Of a stretch of 64,000 bases of DNA, positions 1-10,570 are shown in pieces. A model generated the notes under the pieces. It searched no databases and was not told where the DNA came from. It saw only the letters and a list, made by a program, of their open reading frames with translations. The number at the start of each line of letters is the position of its first letter. The first letter of the stretch is position 1. The translations under genes were made by a program, and so were the position numbers. The DNA is taken from positions 7,473 to 71,472 of the forward strand of contig JBARMB010000096.1 in NCBI GenBank assembly GCA_049802235.1, given 5' to 3'. The DNA comes from Burkholderiales bacterium. GTDB lineage: Bacteria; Pseudomonadota; Gammaproteobacteria; Burkholderiales; SG8-39.

Positions 1-163
1 TGTGGCCGTGGCCGCGATCGAACAGCCGCACGTTGTAATGCTCCTCGAGCTGCTTGATCTGGAAGGTCACGGCGGGCTGCGTCATGAACAGCACCTCCGC
101 CGCCTTGGTGAAGCTCATCTGCTTCGCCACCGCGTGAAATACCTGCAAGCGCCTGTCCGCCAT
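1..163 (-). CDS. LysR-family transcriptional regulator, N-terminal HTH part only (gene runs off the left edge)
   Basis: The reverse complement of 1-163 reads MADRRLQVFHAVAKQMSFTKAAEVLFMTQPAVTFQIKQLEEHYNVRLFDRGHGH, a typical LysR winged-HTH. The ATG is at 163-161. It is divergent from the MFS gene and missing from the ORF track because it is truncated. Confidence 0.8.
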   Translation of the reverse strand, partial: MADRRLQVFHAVAKQMSFTKAAEVLFMTQPAVTFQIKQLEEHYNVRLFDRGHGH

Positions 164-332
164 CGTCGTCCTCCAATCCGCGTGCGCTATTCAAGCATAA
201 GAAGGGTGCTCATTGCCAGCTTACAGGCGGTCGCAGGGCGGATTTTCCACACGGCGGCGCGGGACTCGTGGTATAAAGCCGGCAGTTCAAAAAACCAGCC
301 GGCAGTTCCTTTTCCGTCCGCACCCCGAAACG

Positions 333-1646
333 ATGAAACGCGGCTTCTACACCATCATGGCGGCGCAGTTCTTTTCGTCGCTCGCCGACAACGCGCTGCT
401 GATCGCCGCGATCGCGATGCTGATCCAGCTCGACGGCCCGGCGTGGATGACGCCGCTGCTGAAGTTTTTCTTCACCATATCTTACGTGGTACTGGCGGCG
501 TTCGTCGGCGCGTTCGCGGACGCCATTCCGAAGGGTCACGTCATGTTCATCACCAACACCATCAAGATCGTCGGCTGCGTGATGATGTTCTTCGTCGACT
601 GGATCGATCTGCCGGGGATTCCGGAATACGTGATGGTGCTGGCCGCCTATGCGGTGGTGGGACTCGGCGCCGCGGCTTACTCGCCGGCCAAGTACGGCAT
701 ACTGACCGAGCTGCTGCCCCCGGAACAATTGGTGGCGGCCAACGGCTGGATCGAGGGCCTCACGGTCGCTTCCATCATCCTCGGCGTCCTGGTGGGCGGC
801 GCCCTGATCAGCCCCAAGGTCTCCCTGGCGCTGCTCGCAATCGACGTGCCGCACATCGACACCGGCATCGACACGCCGACCGAAGCGGCGATTTTCGTTA
901 TCGCGCTGTTCTATGTCATCGCGGCGGTATTCAATCTCTTCATTCCGGATACCGGCGCCCGCTACCCCCACCAGCAGACCAACCCGATACGGCTGACGCG
1001 CGATTTTTACGCCTGCTTCACGATGCTGTGGAAGGACAAGCTCGGCCAGATTTCGCTTGCCGTGACCACCCTGTTCTGGGGCACGGGCGCCACGCTGCAA
1101 TTCATCGTGCTGAAATGGGCCGACTCGCACCTCGGCCTGCCGCTCGACCAGGGCGCCGTTCTGCAGGGCATCTCCGCGTTCGGGGTCGCACTCGGGGCGA
1201 TCATGGCGGCGCGCTTCGTCCCGCTCAAGAAATCGCTCGACACGCTCCCGGCCGGGATCATCATGGGCGTGGTCGTGATTTGCATGATTTTCGTCACCAG
1301 CCTGCCGATCGTGTACGCGCTGCTGATCCTCATCGGCGCCATGGCGGGCTTTTTCGTGGTGCCGATGAATGCGCTGCTGCAGCACCGCGGCTACGTCCTG
1401 CTTTCGGCGGGCCACTCGATCGCGGTGCAGAACTTCAACGAGAACATATCGATCCTGCTGATGCTCGCCATCTACTCGGCGATGATCAAGGCGGATATGC
1501 ACATCAACACGATCATCGTCATCTTCGGCGTGTCCGTGGCGGCGACAATGCTCGCCGTCATCCGGCGCCACCAGTACAACCAGAGCCAGGGCGATTCGCT
1601 GCATTTGATCGGGATGAAAACCAGCGTCAGGCGCGGGTTTCCCTGA
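333..1646 (+). CDS. lplT: MFS transporter, lysophospholipid transporter LplT-like
   Basis: Same frame as ORF 213..1646. The conserved part starts at MKRGFYTIMAAQFFSSLADNALLIAA (ATG 333). The polytopic hydrophobic profile is typical of LplT/MFS. Confidence 0.7.
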   Translation: MKRGFYTIMAAQFFSSLADNALLIAAIAMLIQLDGPAWMTPLLKFFFTISYVVLAAFVGAFADAIPKGHVMFITNTIKIVGCVMMFFVDWIDLPGIPEYVMVLAAYAVVGLGAAAYSPAKYGILTELLPPEQLVAANGWIEGLTVASIILGVLVGGALISPKVSLALLAIDVPHIDTGIDTPTEAAIFVIALFYVIAAVFNLFIPDTGARYPHQQTNPIRLTRDFYACFTMLWKDKLGQISLAVTTLFWGTGATLQFIVLKWADSHLGLPLDQGAVLQGISAFGVALGAIMAARFVPLKKSLDTLPAGIIMGVVVICMIFVTSLPIVYALLILIGAMAGFFVVPMNALLQHRGYVLLSAGHSIAVQNFNENISILLMLAIYSAMIKADMHINTIIVIFGVSVAATMLAVIRRHQYNQSQGDSLHLIGMKTSVRRGFP

Positions 1647-1770
1647 TATTCCCCTGGCCTGTCCCCACGCTTGATCCACCATGGATCGGCAAGCGCGCAC
1701 TGTGACGGCCCTGCGGCGCGCGCAGAACTCCGACCTTTCGATCGAAGCCGCCGGGCTGTCGCCGCGGGCG

Positions 1771-2274
1771 TTAAATCACCACCGGTCTGTCCGGCAGCTC
1801 GTTCAGATTGTCGCCTTCGCCCGCCGGGAAATGGGCGGCAAGCAGCTCGCCGATGGCGCGCACGCCGGCAACGACGCCGCGCTCGAACCGGCCGTGCGAG
1901 AATTCCCGCTGCATCTCGCCGCAGATCGTCTTCCACTCCGCATCGCCGACCCTGGCGTGGATGCCGCGGTCGGCAACGATCTCGACGCGCCGGTCGGCGA
2001 GCAGCAGGTAGACGAGCACGCCGCAGTTGCGCTCCGTGTCCCACACCCGCAGCCGGCCGAACCAGTCGACGGCGCGCTCGCGGGCGCTTGCGCCCCTGAG
2101 CAGCTCGGCGAAGGGCAGCGAGGCCTCGACGGCGAAGCGCAGCTCGCCGACATGGCGCCGCTCCTCTTCGCCGATCGCCTTTTCGATGGCGCGCAATGCA
2201 GCCGCGGGAAACGCGCGTCTCGCCGACCAGTGATCGGTGAACAGGTGCCGGATGAGCCGCTTGAGGTTCATCAT
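1771..2274 (-). CDS. TPM-domain (TLP18.3/Psb32/MOLO-1 type) protein
   Basis: 167-aa ORF and third gene of a LemA-TPM-TPM operon. The motif GVLVYLLLADRRVEIVADRGI is typical of TPM phosphatase-like domains. Confidence 0.7.
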   Translation of the reverse strand: MMNLKRLIRHLFTDHWSARRAFPAAALRAIEKAIGEEERRHVGELRFAVEASLPFAELLRGASARERAVDWFGRLRVWDTERNCGVLVYLLLADRRVEIVADRGIHARVGDAEWKTICGEMQREFSHGRFERGVVAGVRAIGELLAAHFPAGEGDNLNELPDRPVVI

Positions 2275-2276
2275 TT

Positions 2277-3155
2277 TTACCAGCTCCCGGAAGCTCCGCC
2301 GCCGCCGAAGCCCCCGCCGCCGCCGGAAAATCCGCCGCCTCCCGACCAGCCTCCGCTCGACCAGCCGCCGCCGCGCCAGCCTCCCCAGCCTCCCCGCGAA
2401 ATGCCGGTCGCGCCCAGCACCAAAGTGAAAATGAACGCCAGCACCGCCGCCGCCGCGGCCGCGAAGAGCCCGCCCGCGACCACCCAGGCGGCAAAGCCGA
2501 CGACGCTTGCGGTGACGGCAGCGCCGAAGAAGCGGCCGAGGAGCGTCGTCAGCATGCCGCCGACAATCATGCTCGCGACCAGCAGCAGGACGAACATCGA
2601 TTCATAATCCTGCGCCGAAGACCGCGCCGCTTCCGGTTGCAGCGCCGGCGGGAGCGCCTCTCCCTGGATGAGTTTCATCAGGGCGTCGGTGCCGGCGGCG
2701 ATGCCGCCGTAGAAGTCGTTCGCCCGTAAATGGGGCGTGATCACATCGCTCACGATCCGTTTGGCGACCGCGTCGGGGATCGCGCCTTCGAGGCCGTAGC
2801 CGACTTCAATCCGCAGCTTGCGATCGTCCTTGGCGATCACCAGGATCACGCCGTCGTCAACCTTGGCGCGGCCGACTTTCCACGCCTCGGCGACGCGAAT
2901 CGAGTACTGCTCGATGGCTTCCGGCTGAGTGGTCGGCAGCATCAGCACCGCGACCTGGCTGCCTTTGCCGCGCTCGAATTCGCGCAGCGTCCCATCGAGC
3001 GACTGGATTTGCGCCGCGCTCAGCGTGCCGGTGAGATCGGTGACGCGCGACTTGAGCGGCGGCACCGGCACCGCGTCCGCAGCAGCAACGAAGACGACCG
3101 GCGCCAGAAGAAAAATGACGCCGACCGCAACCCGGCCGAGCCAGCGCTTGAGCAT
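2277..3155 (-). CDS. TPM-domain protein YgcG-like, with signal peptide, TM segments and a Gly/Trp-rich tail
   Basis: 292-aa ORF. It has an N-terminal signal sequence and a TPM core (VAVLMLPTT...GVILVIAKDDRKLRIEVGYGLEG). The C-terminus is GGWGGWRGGGWSSGGWSGGGGFSGGGGGFGGGG. Confidence 0.75.
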   Translation of the reverse strand: MLKRWLGRVAVGVIFLLAPVVFVAAADAVPVPPLKSRVTDLTGTLSAAQIQSLDGTLREFERGKGSQVAVLMLPTTQPEAIEQYSIRVAEAWKVGRAKVDDGVILVIAKDDRKLRIEVGYGLEGAIPDAVAKRIVSDVITPHLRANDFYGGIAAGTDALMKLIQGEALPPALQPEAARSSAQDYESMFVLLLVASMIVGGMLTTLLGRFFGAAVTASVVGFAAWVVAGGLFAAAAAAVLAFIFTLVLGATGISRGGWGGWRGGGWSSGGWSGGGGFSGGGGGFGGGGASGSW

Positions 3156-3159
3156 CGAA

Positions 3160-3777
3160 TTACTGCTTCGCCGGCGCCGCTTTGGCGGGCTGGGTGAAAT
3201 CCACAGACGGCGGCTTTGCGATCGCCTTCTCGTCCTCGACGCTGAAATTCGGCTTGACCTGGTAGCTGAACATCATCGCCGTCAGATTGACCGGGAACTG
3301 GCGGATGAGCACGTTGTATTCCTGCACCGCCTTGATGTAACGGTTGCGCGCCACCGCGATGCGGTTCTCGGTGCCCTCGAGCTGCGCCTGCAGATCGCGG
3401 AAGTTCGCGTCCGACTTGAGCTGCGGATAGTTTTCGGCGACCGCCAGCAGCCGCGACAGCGCGCCGGTCATGTTCGCCTGGGCCTCCTGGAACTTGCGAA
3501 ACGCCGCCGCATCGTTGATCAGCTCGGGCGTCGCCTGGATGCTGCCGACGCGCGCGCGCGCTTCCGTGACCTGGATCAGCACCTGCTGCTCCTGCGCCGC
3601 GAAGCCCTTCACCGTGTTGACGAGGTTCGGCACCAGATCGGCGCGCCGCTGGTACTGGTTGAGCACTTCTGACCACGCCGACTTCACCTGCTCGTCGTTG
3701 CGCTGGATGTCGTTGTAGCCGCAGCCCGACAGCGCGAGCGTCGCAAGAACGATGACTGCCGCACCGAGTTTTCGCAT
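3160..3777 (-). CDS. lemA: LemA family protein
   Basis: 205-aa ORF with a lipoprotein-like N-terminus (LALSGCGYN). The LemA signature stretches are QRRADLVPNLVNTVKGFA and ENYPQLKSDANFRDLQAQLEGTENRIAVAR. Confidence 0.85.
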   Translation of the reverse strand: MRKLGAAVIVLATLALSGCGYNDIQRNDEQVKSAWSEVLNQYQRRADLVPNLVNTVKGFAAQEQQVLIQVTEARARVGSIQATPELINDAAAFRKFQEAQANMTGALSRLLAVAENYPQLKSDANFRDLQAQLEGTENRIAVARNRYIKAVQEYNVLIRQFPVNLTAMMFSYQVKPNFSVEDEKAIAKPPSVDFTQPAKAAPAKQ

Positions 3778-3826
3778 GGATTACTCCCGAAAGAATTCGA
3801 TCTGAAGGTGGGGGCGCAAGACAGGA

Positions 3827-4588
3827 TTACAAGCTCGCCATGGTGCGCCGCGCGAAGCACAGGTCTTCCCAGGCTTTGGCCTTGTCGGGAAGGCTGCGCA
3901 GCAGATAGGCGGGATGGTAGGTGACGACGAGCGGCACGCCCCGATAGCGGTGCAGCTTGCCGCGCAGGCTGGCGATGGTGGCTTCGGTGTCGAGCAGCGT
4001 CTGCGCGGCGAAGCGCCCCATCGCGACGATGAGCTTGGGCTTGATCAGCTCGAGCTGGCGCAGCAGGTGGGGGCTGCACTGCGCCACCTCGAAGGGCGCG
4101 GGATTGCGGTTTCCCGGCGGCCGGCACTTCAGCACGTTGCAGATATAGACATTCTTGCCGCGGTTGAGGCCGATCGCCGCGAGCATGTTGTCGAGCAGCC
4201 GCCCGGCCTGGCCGACGAAAGGTTCGCCGCGCGCGTCTTCTTCGGCGCCCGGCGCTTCTCCCACCAGCAGCCAGTCGGCCTGTTCGTCGCCGACGCCGAA
4301 TACCGTCTTGGTGCGCGTCTTGTGCAGAGGGCATGCGTCGCAACCCGCCACCGCCGCCTTCAACTCCGGCCACTCCATGGCCAGGATGCGCGCGGCGCGG
4401 TCGTCGGCAAGGTCCAATGTCGTGTCCGCGTTCTTGCCGGGCGCCGGCTGCGGTGAAAGTTTCCGCGGCGCCGCATGCGGCCCGCTCGCATCCTGAGTTG
4501 CCGCAGCCGGCTTCTGCCCGCGGCGACGAAGCCGCCACACCGGCCCCAGTCCCATCTCCTCGAGATAGCGTTCGCGCCGCGAGTTCAC
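3827..4588 (-). CDS. Uracil-DNA glycosylase, family 4
   Basis: C-terminal part of ORF 3827..4948, with GEAPGAEEDARGEPFVGQAGRLLDNML and CRPPGNRNP motifs. I chose GTG 4588 as the start because it makes a GTGA overlap with the rimI stop. Upstream of that, the long ORF overlaps rimI. Confidence 0.8.
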   Translation of the reverse strand: MNSRRERYLEEMGLGPVWRLRRRGQKPAAATQDASGPHAAPRKLSPQPAPGKNADTTLDLADDRAARILAMEWPELKAAVAGCDACPLHKTRTKTVFGVGDEQADWLLVGEAPGAEEDARGEPFVGQAGRLLDNMLAAIGLNRGKNVYICNVLKCRPPGNRNPAPFEVAQCSPHLLRQLELIKPKLIVAMGRFAAQTLLDTEATIASLRGKLHRYRGVPLVVTYHPAYLLRSLPDKAKAWEDLCFARRTMASL

Positions 4589-5046
4589 AGATTCAGCACG
4601 AAGACGAGCGCATCTTCGCGACCGCCGGGTGCGGGATAATAATCGCGCCGCACGCCCACCTGGCGAAAGCCGTAGCCGCCGTACAGGCGCTTGGCCGCCT
4701 CGTTCGACGGGCGCACTTCGAGGAACAGCAGTTGAGTCCCGTGCTTGCGCGCCACCTCGATCAAATGATCGAGAAGGCGCCGCCCGTGGCCTTGCCTTTG
4801 CCGCTGTGCGGCAATGCTGAGGTTGAGGAGATGGGCCTCGCCTGCGGCGAGCATCAGCACCGCATACCCGATCAGCTCGCGAGCGTCGCGGCATACCCAG
4901 CAACTGTAGCCGGCGCGGATCGAGTCGCGGAAATTCCCCAGTGTCCACGGAAAAGCGTAAATGCCCTGCTCGATGCCGAGCACCGCCTCGAGGTCGGCCT
5001 CGGCCATCGGCTCGAATCGCGGTGCGGATCGGAGTACGGCGCTCAT
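4585..5046 (-). CDS. rimI: Ribosomal-protein-alanine N-acetyltransferase
   Basis: 153-aa GNAT protein with the RQRQGHGRRLL acetyl-CoA motif. It lies between tsaB and udg, and its start overlaps the tsaB stop (ATGA). Confidence 0.85.
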   Translation of the reverse strand: MSAVLRSAPRFEPMAEADLEAVLGIEQGIYAFPWTLGNFRDSIRAGYSCWVCRDARELIGYAVLMLAAGEAHLLNLSIAAQRQRQGHGRRLLDHLIEVARKHGTQLLFLEVRPSNEAAKRLYGGYGFRQVGVRRDYYPAPGGREDALVFVLNL

Positions 5047-5753
5047 GCGCGTTCGCTCGTCTTGAGCGCGACCTTGTCGCGCAAATACAAAGGTATTGCC
5101 GTTGCCGGGTCGCAGGTGTCGCCCGCGGCGAAACGCGGCAGCGCGAGCCTGAGCACGGCGCGCGCGGACGGAGCGACCTCGGGACGCAGCGCCGTCAATT
5201 GCCCCCGATAACGCGCCGCAACGGCGCCGCCGTACGCAGCGAAGCCGCCGCCGCAGCCGGACCAGCCCTCGCCGGGAACGGCCGGCACCGCTTCCGGACG
5301 GTACAGTCCCGGCGGCACGATTTCTTCCCAGCCCGCGGCCGTTTTCCGATAGGCGGCATGATACACCTCGCCCATGCGTGCATCGATGCAGGCAATGACG
5401 CGCCCGCAGGCCGATTTCTCGGTCGCTTCTTCCGCCGCCTGTTCCGCCGCTTCTTCCGCAAGCGCAAGCAACGTACCGATACCCACCACCGGAATGCCGC
5501 GCGCGAGCGCCAGGCCCTGGGTCACGCCGCAGGCGACGCGCAGCCCCGTGAACGATCCCGGCCCCGCACCGTAGGCGATGCCGCTGATATCGGCAAGCGC
5601 CAGTCCCGCTTCGGCGAGGACGATGTCCACCATTCCGAGCACCCGCTCGGCCTGGCGCTGCCCCGCCCGCTCATGACGGAAACCGATCGTCTCCCCGCGG
5701 CTTGCGGCGACCGAACAGTAATCGGTCGAAGTGTCGATGGCGAGCAGGTTCAT
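5043..5753 (-). CDS. tsaB: tRNA t6A37 biosynthesis protein TsaB
   Basis: The N-terminus MNLLAIDTSTDYCSVAA is typical of TsaB/YeaZ. I prefer ATG 5753 to the TTG at 5759 used by the track. Confidence 0.85.
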   Translation of the reverse strand: MNLLAIDTSTDYCSVAASRGETIGFRHERAGQRQAERVLGMVDIVLAEAGLALADISGIAYGAGPGSFTGLRVACGVTQGLALARGIPVVGIGTLLALAEEAAEQAAEEATEKSACGRVIACIDARMGEVYHAAYRKTAAGWEEIVPPGLYRPEAVPAVPGEGWSGCGGGFAAYGGAVAARYRGQLTALRPEVAPSARAVLRLALPRFAAGDTCDPATAIPLYLRDKVALKTSERA

Positions 5754-5892
5754 GAACAAGGCGGAGATGATGCAGGCGGAAACGATGCGCGGATTCTAGC
5801 CGATCACCGCGCCGCCCGCGGCGCGCTTGACGCAGGCGGCGTCTGCAACGATGATTGTGCCATTCGAACAAGACATCCATCACGGAGGAAAC

Positions 5893-6864
5893 ATGCGTCA
5901 ATGGCTGCTGCTGCTCACATCGGTGCTGCTCGCCGCACCTGCGCTCGCACAGGATGCCTATCCGTCCCGCCCGATCACGATGGTGGTGCCTTTCCCGCCC
6001 GGGGGCGTGGCCGATCTCACCGGCCGGCCCACGGCATTCGCGATGGAGAAGGTGCTGAAGCAGCGCATCATCGTCGAGAACAAGGCCGGCGCCGGCGGCG
6101 CGGTCGGCATGGCGGCGGTGGCGAACGCCAAACCCGACGGTTACACCATCCTCATGGCGCTGTCGTCGATTTCGATCATCCCGCCCGCCGAAAGGCTGTT
6201 CGACCGCAAGCCGCCCTACGAAATGGGCCAGCTCGCGCCGATCGCGCTGATCTCGGCCGATCCGACGGTGCTGATGGTGCGCGCCGATTCGCCGTGGAAG
6301 ACGGTGAAAGACCTGGTCGAGGACGCAAAGCGCCGGCCGACCAAGATCAATTACGGCTCCTCGGGTATCTACGGCACTTTGCACATGGCCATGGCGATGT
6401 TCGAGCAGGCTGCGGACATCAAGCTCTGGCACATACCGTACAGCGGCGCGGGGCCTGCAGTGGCCGCGCTGCTCTCGGGCCAGGTGGATGCGCTCGCCTC
6501 GGGCCCTTCGGCAGTGATCGGCCACATCAAGGCGGGCAAGATGCGTCCGCTCGCCAGCTGGGGCGAGAAGCGTCTTGCTTCGCTGCCGGAGGTTCCCACT
6601 TTCAAGGAACTCGGCTACAACATCGAGTTCTACATCTGGTCCGGCCTGTTCGCGCCGGCCGGCACGCCCGCCCCGATCGTACAGGCGCTGCGCAACGCCG
6701 TGCGCCATGCGGTGGCAGACCCGGACTTCAAGCGCACCATGGAGAAGATCGAGACACCGGTCTACTACCTCGATGCGCCGGAGTTCCAGAAATTCTGGGA
6801 CAAGGACGCGAAGATGCTCGCCGACGCCGTGCGCCGCATCGGCCGCGTCGAAGACAAGAAGTAG
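5893..6864 (+). CDS. Bug-family (TctC-like) tripartite tricarboxylate transporter substrate-binding protein
   Basis: The signal peptide MRQWLLLLTSVLLAAPALAQ follows a GGAGGA RBS (5884-5889). The mature start DAYPSRPITMVVPFPPGGVADL is the classic Bug-family motif. Confidence 0.85.
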   Translation: MRQWLLLLTSVLLAAPALAQDAYPSRPITMVVPFPPGGVADLTGRPTAFAMEKVLKQRIIVENKAGAGGAVGMAAVANAKPDGYTILMALSSISIIPPAERLFDRKPPYEMGQLAPIALISADPTVLMVRADSPWKTVKDLVEDAKRRPTKINYGSSGIYGTLHMAMAMFEQAADIKLWHIPYSGAGPAVAALLSGQVDALASGPSAVIGHIKAGKMRPLASWGEKRLASLPEVPTFKELGYNIEFYIWSGLFAPAGTPAPIVQALRNAVRHAVADPDFKRTMEKIETPVYYLDAPEFQKFWDKDAKMLADAVRRIGRVEDKK

Positions 6865-7007
6865 TAAAGGCCGACACGCTGCGCTCGCGGCCGCCCACGT
6901 TACGCGTGGGGCTTTACTTGCGCGCGGTCGAGCGGACGTTAGAGCAAAATCCGTCGTAGCATCGCTCACGCGGCGCCGCTCATCGCGCGCGCCGGTATAA
7001 GGAAGGA

Positions 7008-7949
7008 ATGGAAATGGCCGCCGCACAAGGCAAAGTCATCATCACCTGCGCCGTCACCGGCGCCATCCATACGCCGACGATGTCGCCGTATCTGCCGGTG
7101 ACACCGGAGGAAATCGCCGCAGGCGCGATCGGCGCGGCGCAGGCCGGCGCGGCCATCGTCCACCTGCACGCGCGCGAGCCCGCCGACGGCCGGCCGACGC
7201 AGGACCCGAAGATGTTCATGCGCTTCCTGCCGCAGATCAAGGCCGCTTCTAACGTGGTGATCAACCTCACCACCGGCGGCGCGCCGACCATGACCGTGGA
7301 GGAGCGGCTGCAGCCCGCGCTGCAGCTGAAGCCGGAGGTCGCCTCGCTCAACATGGGATCGATGAACTTCGGCCTGTACGAGATGCTCGGCCGCTACGAG
7401 GAGTTCAAATACGACTGGGAGAAACCGTACCTTGCCGGCAGCGACGAGCGCATCTTCAAGAACACGTTCAAGGACATCGCCTATATCCTGCAATCGTGCA
7501 GCGGCAATGACACGCGTTTCGAGGTCGAATGCTACGATATCGGCCACCTCTACACCGCCGCGCATTTCCTCGATCGCAAGCTGATCAAGCCGCCGCTGTT
7601 CATCCAGTCGGTATTCGGCCTCCGCGGCGGTATCGGCCCGCACCCGGAAGACGTGCTGCACATGAAGCGCACCGCGGACCGCCTTTTCGGCGACGCCTAC
7701 CTCTGGTCGGTGCTCGGCGCGGGGCGCAACCAGATGTACATCGCGACCCAGTCGGCGGTCATGGGCGGCAACGTCCGCGTCGGCCTCGAGGACAGCTTGT
7801 GGCTCGGCCGCGGCACCCTCGCCAAAACCAATGCCGAGCAGGTCGCCAGGATCCGCCGCATCCTCGAGGAGCTCGGGCTTCAGATCGCCACGCCGGACGA
7901 GGCGCGGCAGATGCTGAAGCTCAAGGGCGGGCGCAACGTCGCGTTCTAG
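7008..7949 (+). CDS. 3-keto-5-aminohexanoate cleavage enzyme family (BKACE/DUF849)
   Basis: 313 aa. KVIITCAVTGAIHTPTMSPYLPVTPEEIA and the overall length match BKACE proteins. Confidence 0.8.
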   Translation: MEMAAAQGKVIITCAVTGAIHTPTMSPYLPVTPEEIAAGAIGAAQAGAAIVHLHAREPADGRPTQDPKMFMRFLPQIKAASNVVINLTTGGAPTMTVEERLQPALQLKPEVASLNMGSMNFGLYEMLGRYEEFKYDWEKPYLAGSDERIFKNTFKDIAYILQSCSGNDTRFEVECYDIGHLYTAAHFLDRKLIKPPLFIQSVFGLRGGIGPHPEDVLHMKRTADRLFGDAYLWSVLGAGRNQMYIATQSAVMGGNVRVGLEDSLWLGRGTLAKTNAEQVARIRRILEELGLQIATPDEARQMLKLKGGRNVAF

Positions 7950-8038
7950 AGAATGGTGATGCTGTTCCCGCCCGTTGCAGCCGCAGTCAATAGCACCGTC
8001 ATTCGGTTACTTGATTTTCGGCAAAGAAACAGCCCGTC

Positions 8039-9094
8039 ATGAAAAAATACAAAATCGCAGTCATCCCCGGCGACGGCATCGGCAAGGAAGTCATGCCCGA
8101 GGGCCTGCGCGCGCTCGAAGCCGCGGGACGGAAGTTCGGCATCGAACTCAAGTGGGAGGAGTTTCCCTGGAGCTGCGAATACCGCGCGAAGCACGGGCGC
8201 ATGATGCCGGAGGACGGCCTGCAGATCATCCGCAACCACGATGCCGTCTTCTTCGGCGCCTGCGGTTTCCCCGGCGTGCCGGATCACGTGTCGCTGTGGG
8301 AGCTGCTGGTGCCGATGCGGCGCGGCTTCGATCTCTACGTCAATCTGCGGCCGGTGCGCCTGATGCCGGGCATCCGCTCGCCGCTCGCCGGCCGCAAGCA
8401 GGGCGACATCGATTTCTGGGTGGTGCGCGAGAACACCGAAGGCGAATATTCCTCGATCGGCGGGCGCATGTTCGAGGGCAGCGAGCGTGAGGCGGTGATC
8501 CAGGAGACCGTGTTCACGCGCAAAGGCGTGGACCGCATACTCAAGTATGCCTTCGAGCTGGCGCGCAGCCGGCCGAAGAAGCATCTCACCTCGGCCACCA
8601 AGTCGAACGGCATCTCGATCACCATGCCCTACTGGGACGAGCGCGTGAAGGCGATGGCGTCGCAATATCCCGAGGTGAAGACCGACCAGTTCCATATCGA
8701 CATCCTCAGCGCGCACTTCGTGCAGCACCCGGACTGGTTCGACGTGGTGGTCGGTTCGAACCTCTTCGGCGACATCCTCTCGGACCTCGGGCCGGCCTGC
8801 ACCGGCACCATCGGCATCGCACCGTCGGGCAACATCAATCCCGAGAGAGTCTATCCTTCGCTGTTCGAACCGGTGCACGGCTCGGCGCCCGACATCTACG
8901 GGAAGAACATCGCCAACCCTATCGGCCAGATCTGGTCCGGCGCGATGATGCTCGAGCACCTGGGCCACCAGGACGCAGCCGGCGCGATCGTCAGGGCCAT
9001 CGAGCGCGTTCTCGTCGAGGGCCCGCGCACACGGGACATCGGCGGCACGGCCTCGACCACCGATGTCGGCAAGGCCATCGCCGCCGCCGTCTGA
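8039..9094 (+). CDS. Tartrate dehydrogenase/decarboxylase (isocitrate/isopropylmalate dehydrogenase family)
   Basis: 351 aa. It starts MKKYKIAVIPGDGIGKEVMPEG and has NLFGDILSDLGPACTGTIGIAPS, a beta-decarboxylating dehydrogenase signature of the TtuC type. Confidence 0.8.
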   Translation: MKKYKIAVIPGDGIGKEVMPEGLRALEAAGRKFGIELKWEEFPWSCEYRAKHGRMMPEDGLQIIRNHDAVFFGACGFPGVPDHVSLWELLVPMRRGFDLYVNLRPVRLMPGIRSPLAGRKQGDIDFWVVRENTEGEYSSIGGRMFEGSEREAVIQETVFTRKGVDRILKYAFELARSRPKKHLTSATKSNGISITMPYWDERVKAMASQYPEVKTDQFHIDILSAHFVQHPDWFDVVVGSNLFGDILSDLGPACTGTIGIAPSGNINPERVYPSLFEPVHGSAPDIYGKNIANPIGQIWSGAMMLEHLGHQDAAGAIVRAIERVLVEGPRTRDIGGTASTTDVGKAIAAAV

Positions 9095-9142
9095 GCGGCA
9101 GGTGATGACCGCGGCGCCGGGCGGCGCACCGCGATGCCGCTT

Positions 9143-9846
<704 letters not shown>

Positions 9847-9847
<1 letters not shown>

Positions 9848-10569
9848 CACAGCGCTCCCTCACCCAGGTAGCACCGGATCACGGCGGCGTCGCGCACCAC
9901 CTCATCGGGCGACCCGGTCGCGATCAGCTCGCCGTGGTGCAGGACGTGTATCTCGCGCGACAGCGCCATGACCGCGCGCATGACGTGCTCGATCAGCACG
10001 ATCGTCAGGCCGTGCTCCTCGTTCAGGCGCCGGAACACCGAAACCATCTGGTCGGTCTCGGTCGGCCGCAGCCCGGCCATGACCTCGTCGAGCAGAAGAA
10101 CTTTCGGCCCGGTGGCGAGCGCGCGCGCCACTTCCAGCCGCTTGCGGTCGGGCAGGGTCAGCGAAGAGGCCGGACGATCATGCTGGTCGGCGAGCCCCAG
10201 CCGGTCGAGGATCGAAAGCGCCTTGCTGCGCGCCTGCGCCACATTACGGGCCTGATGCAGGGCGCCGACGATGACGTTCTCGAGCACCGACAGCCCGGCA
10301 AACGGCTTCACCAGCTGGAAGGTCCGCCCGACGCCGGCGGCACAGACTTGGTCCGGGCGCAAACCGTCGATGCGCCGGCCGTCGAAAACGATCTCGCCGC
10401 CATCCGGCGCCAATACGCCCGCGATCATGTTGAAGCAGGTGGTCTTGCCGGCGCCGTTCGGACCGATCAGCGCGACGATGTGCCCGGGCTCGACCGACAG
10501 CGAAACGTCGGCAACCGCGCGCAGGCCGCGAAACGACTTGGAGATGCCTTTGAGCTGGAGCAGCGCCAC
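9847..10569 (-). CDS. livG: Branched-chain amino acid ABC transporter ATP-binding protein (LivG type)
   Basis: Walker A GPNGAGKTT, and the LLLDEVMAGL and LIEHVM motifs. GTG start at 10569. Confidence 0.85.
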
Positions 10570-10570
10570 G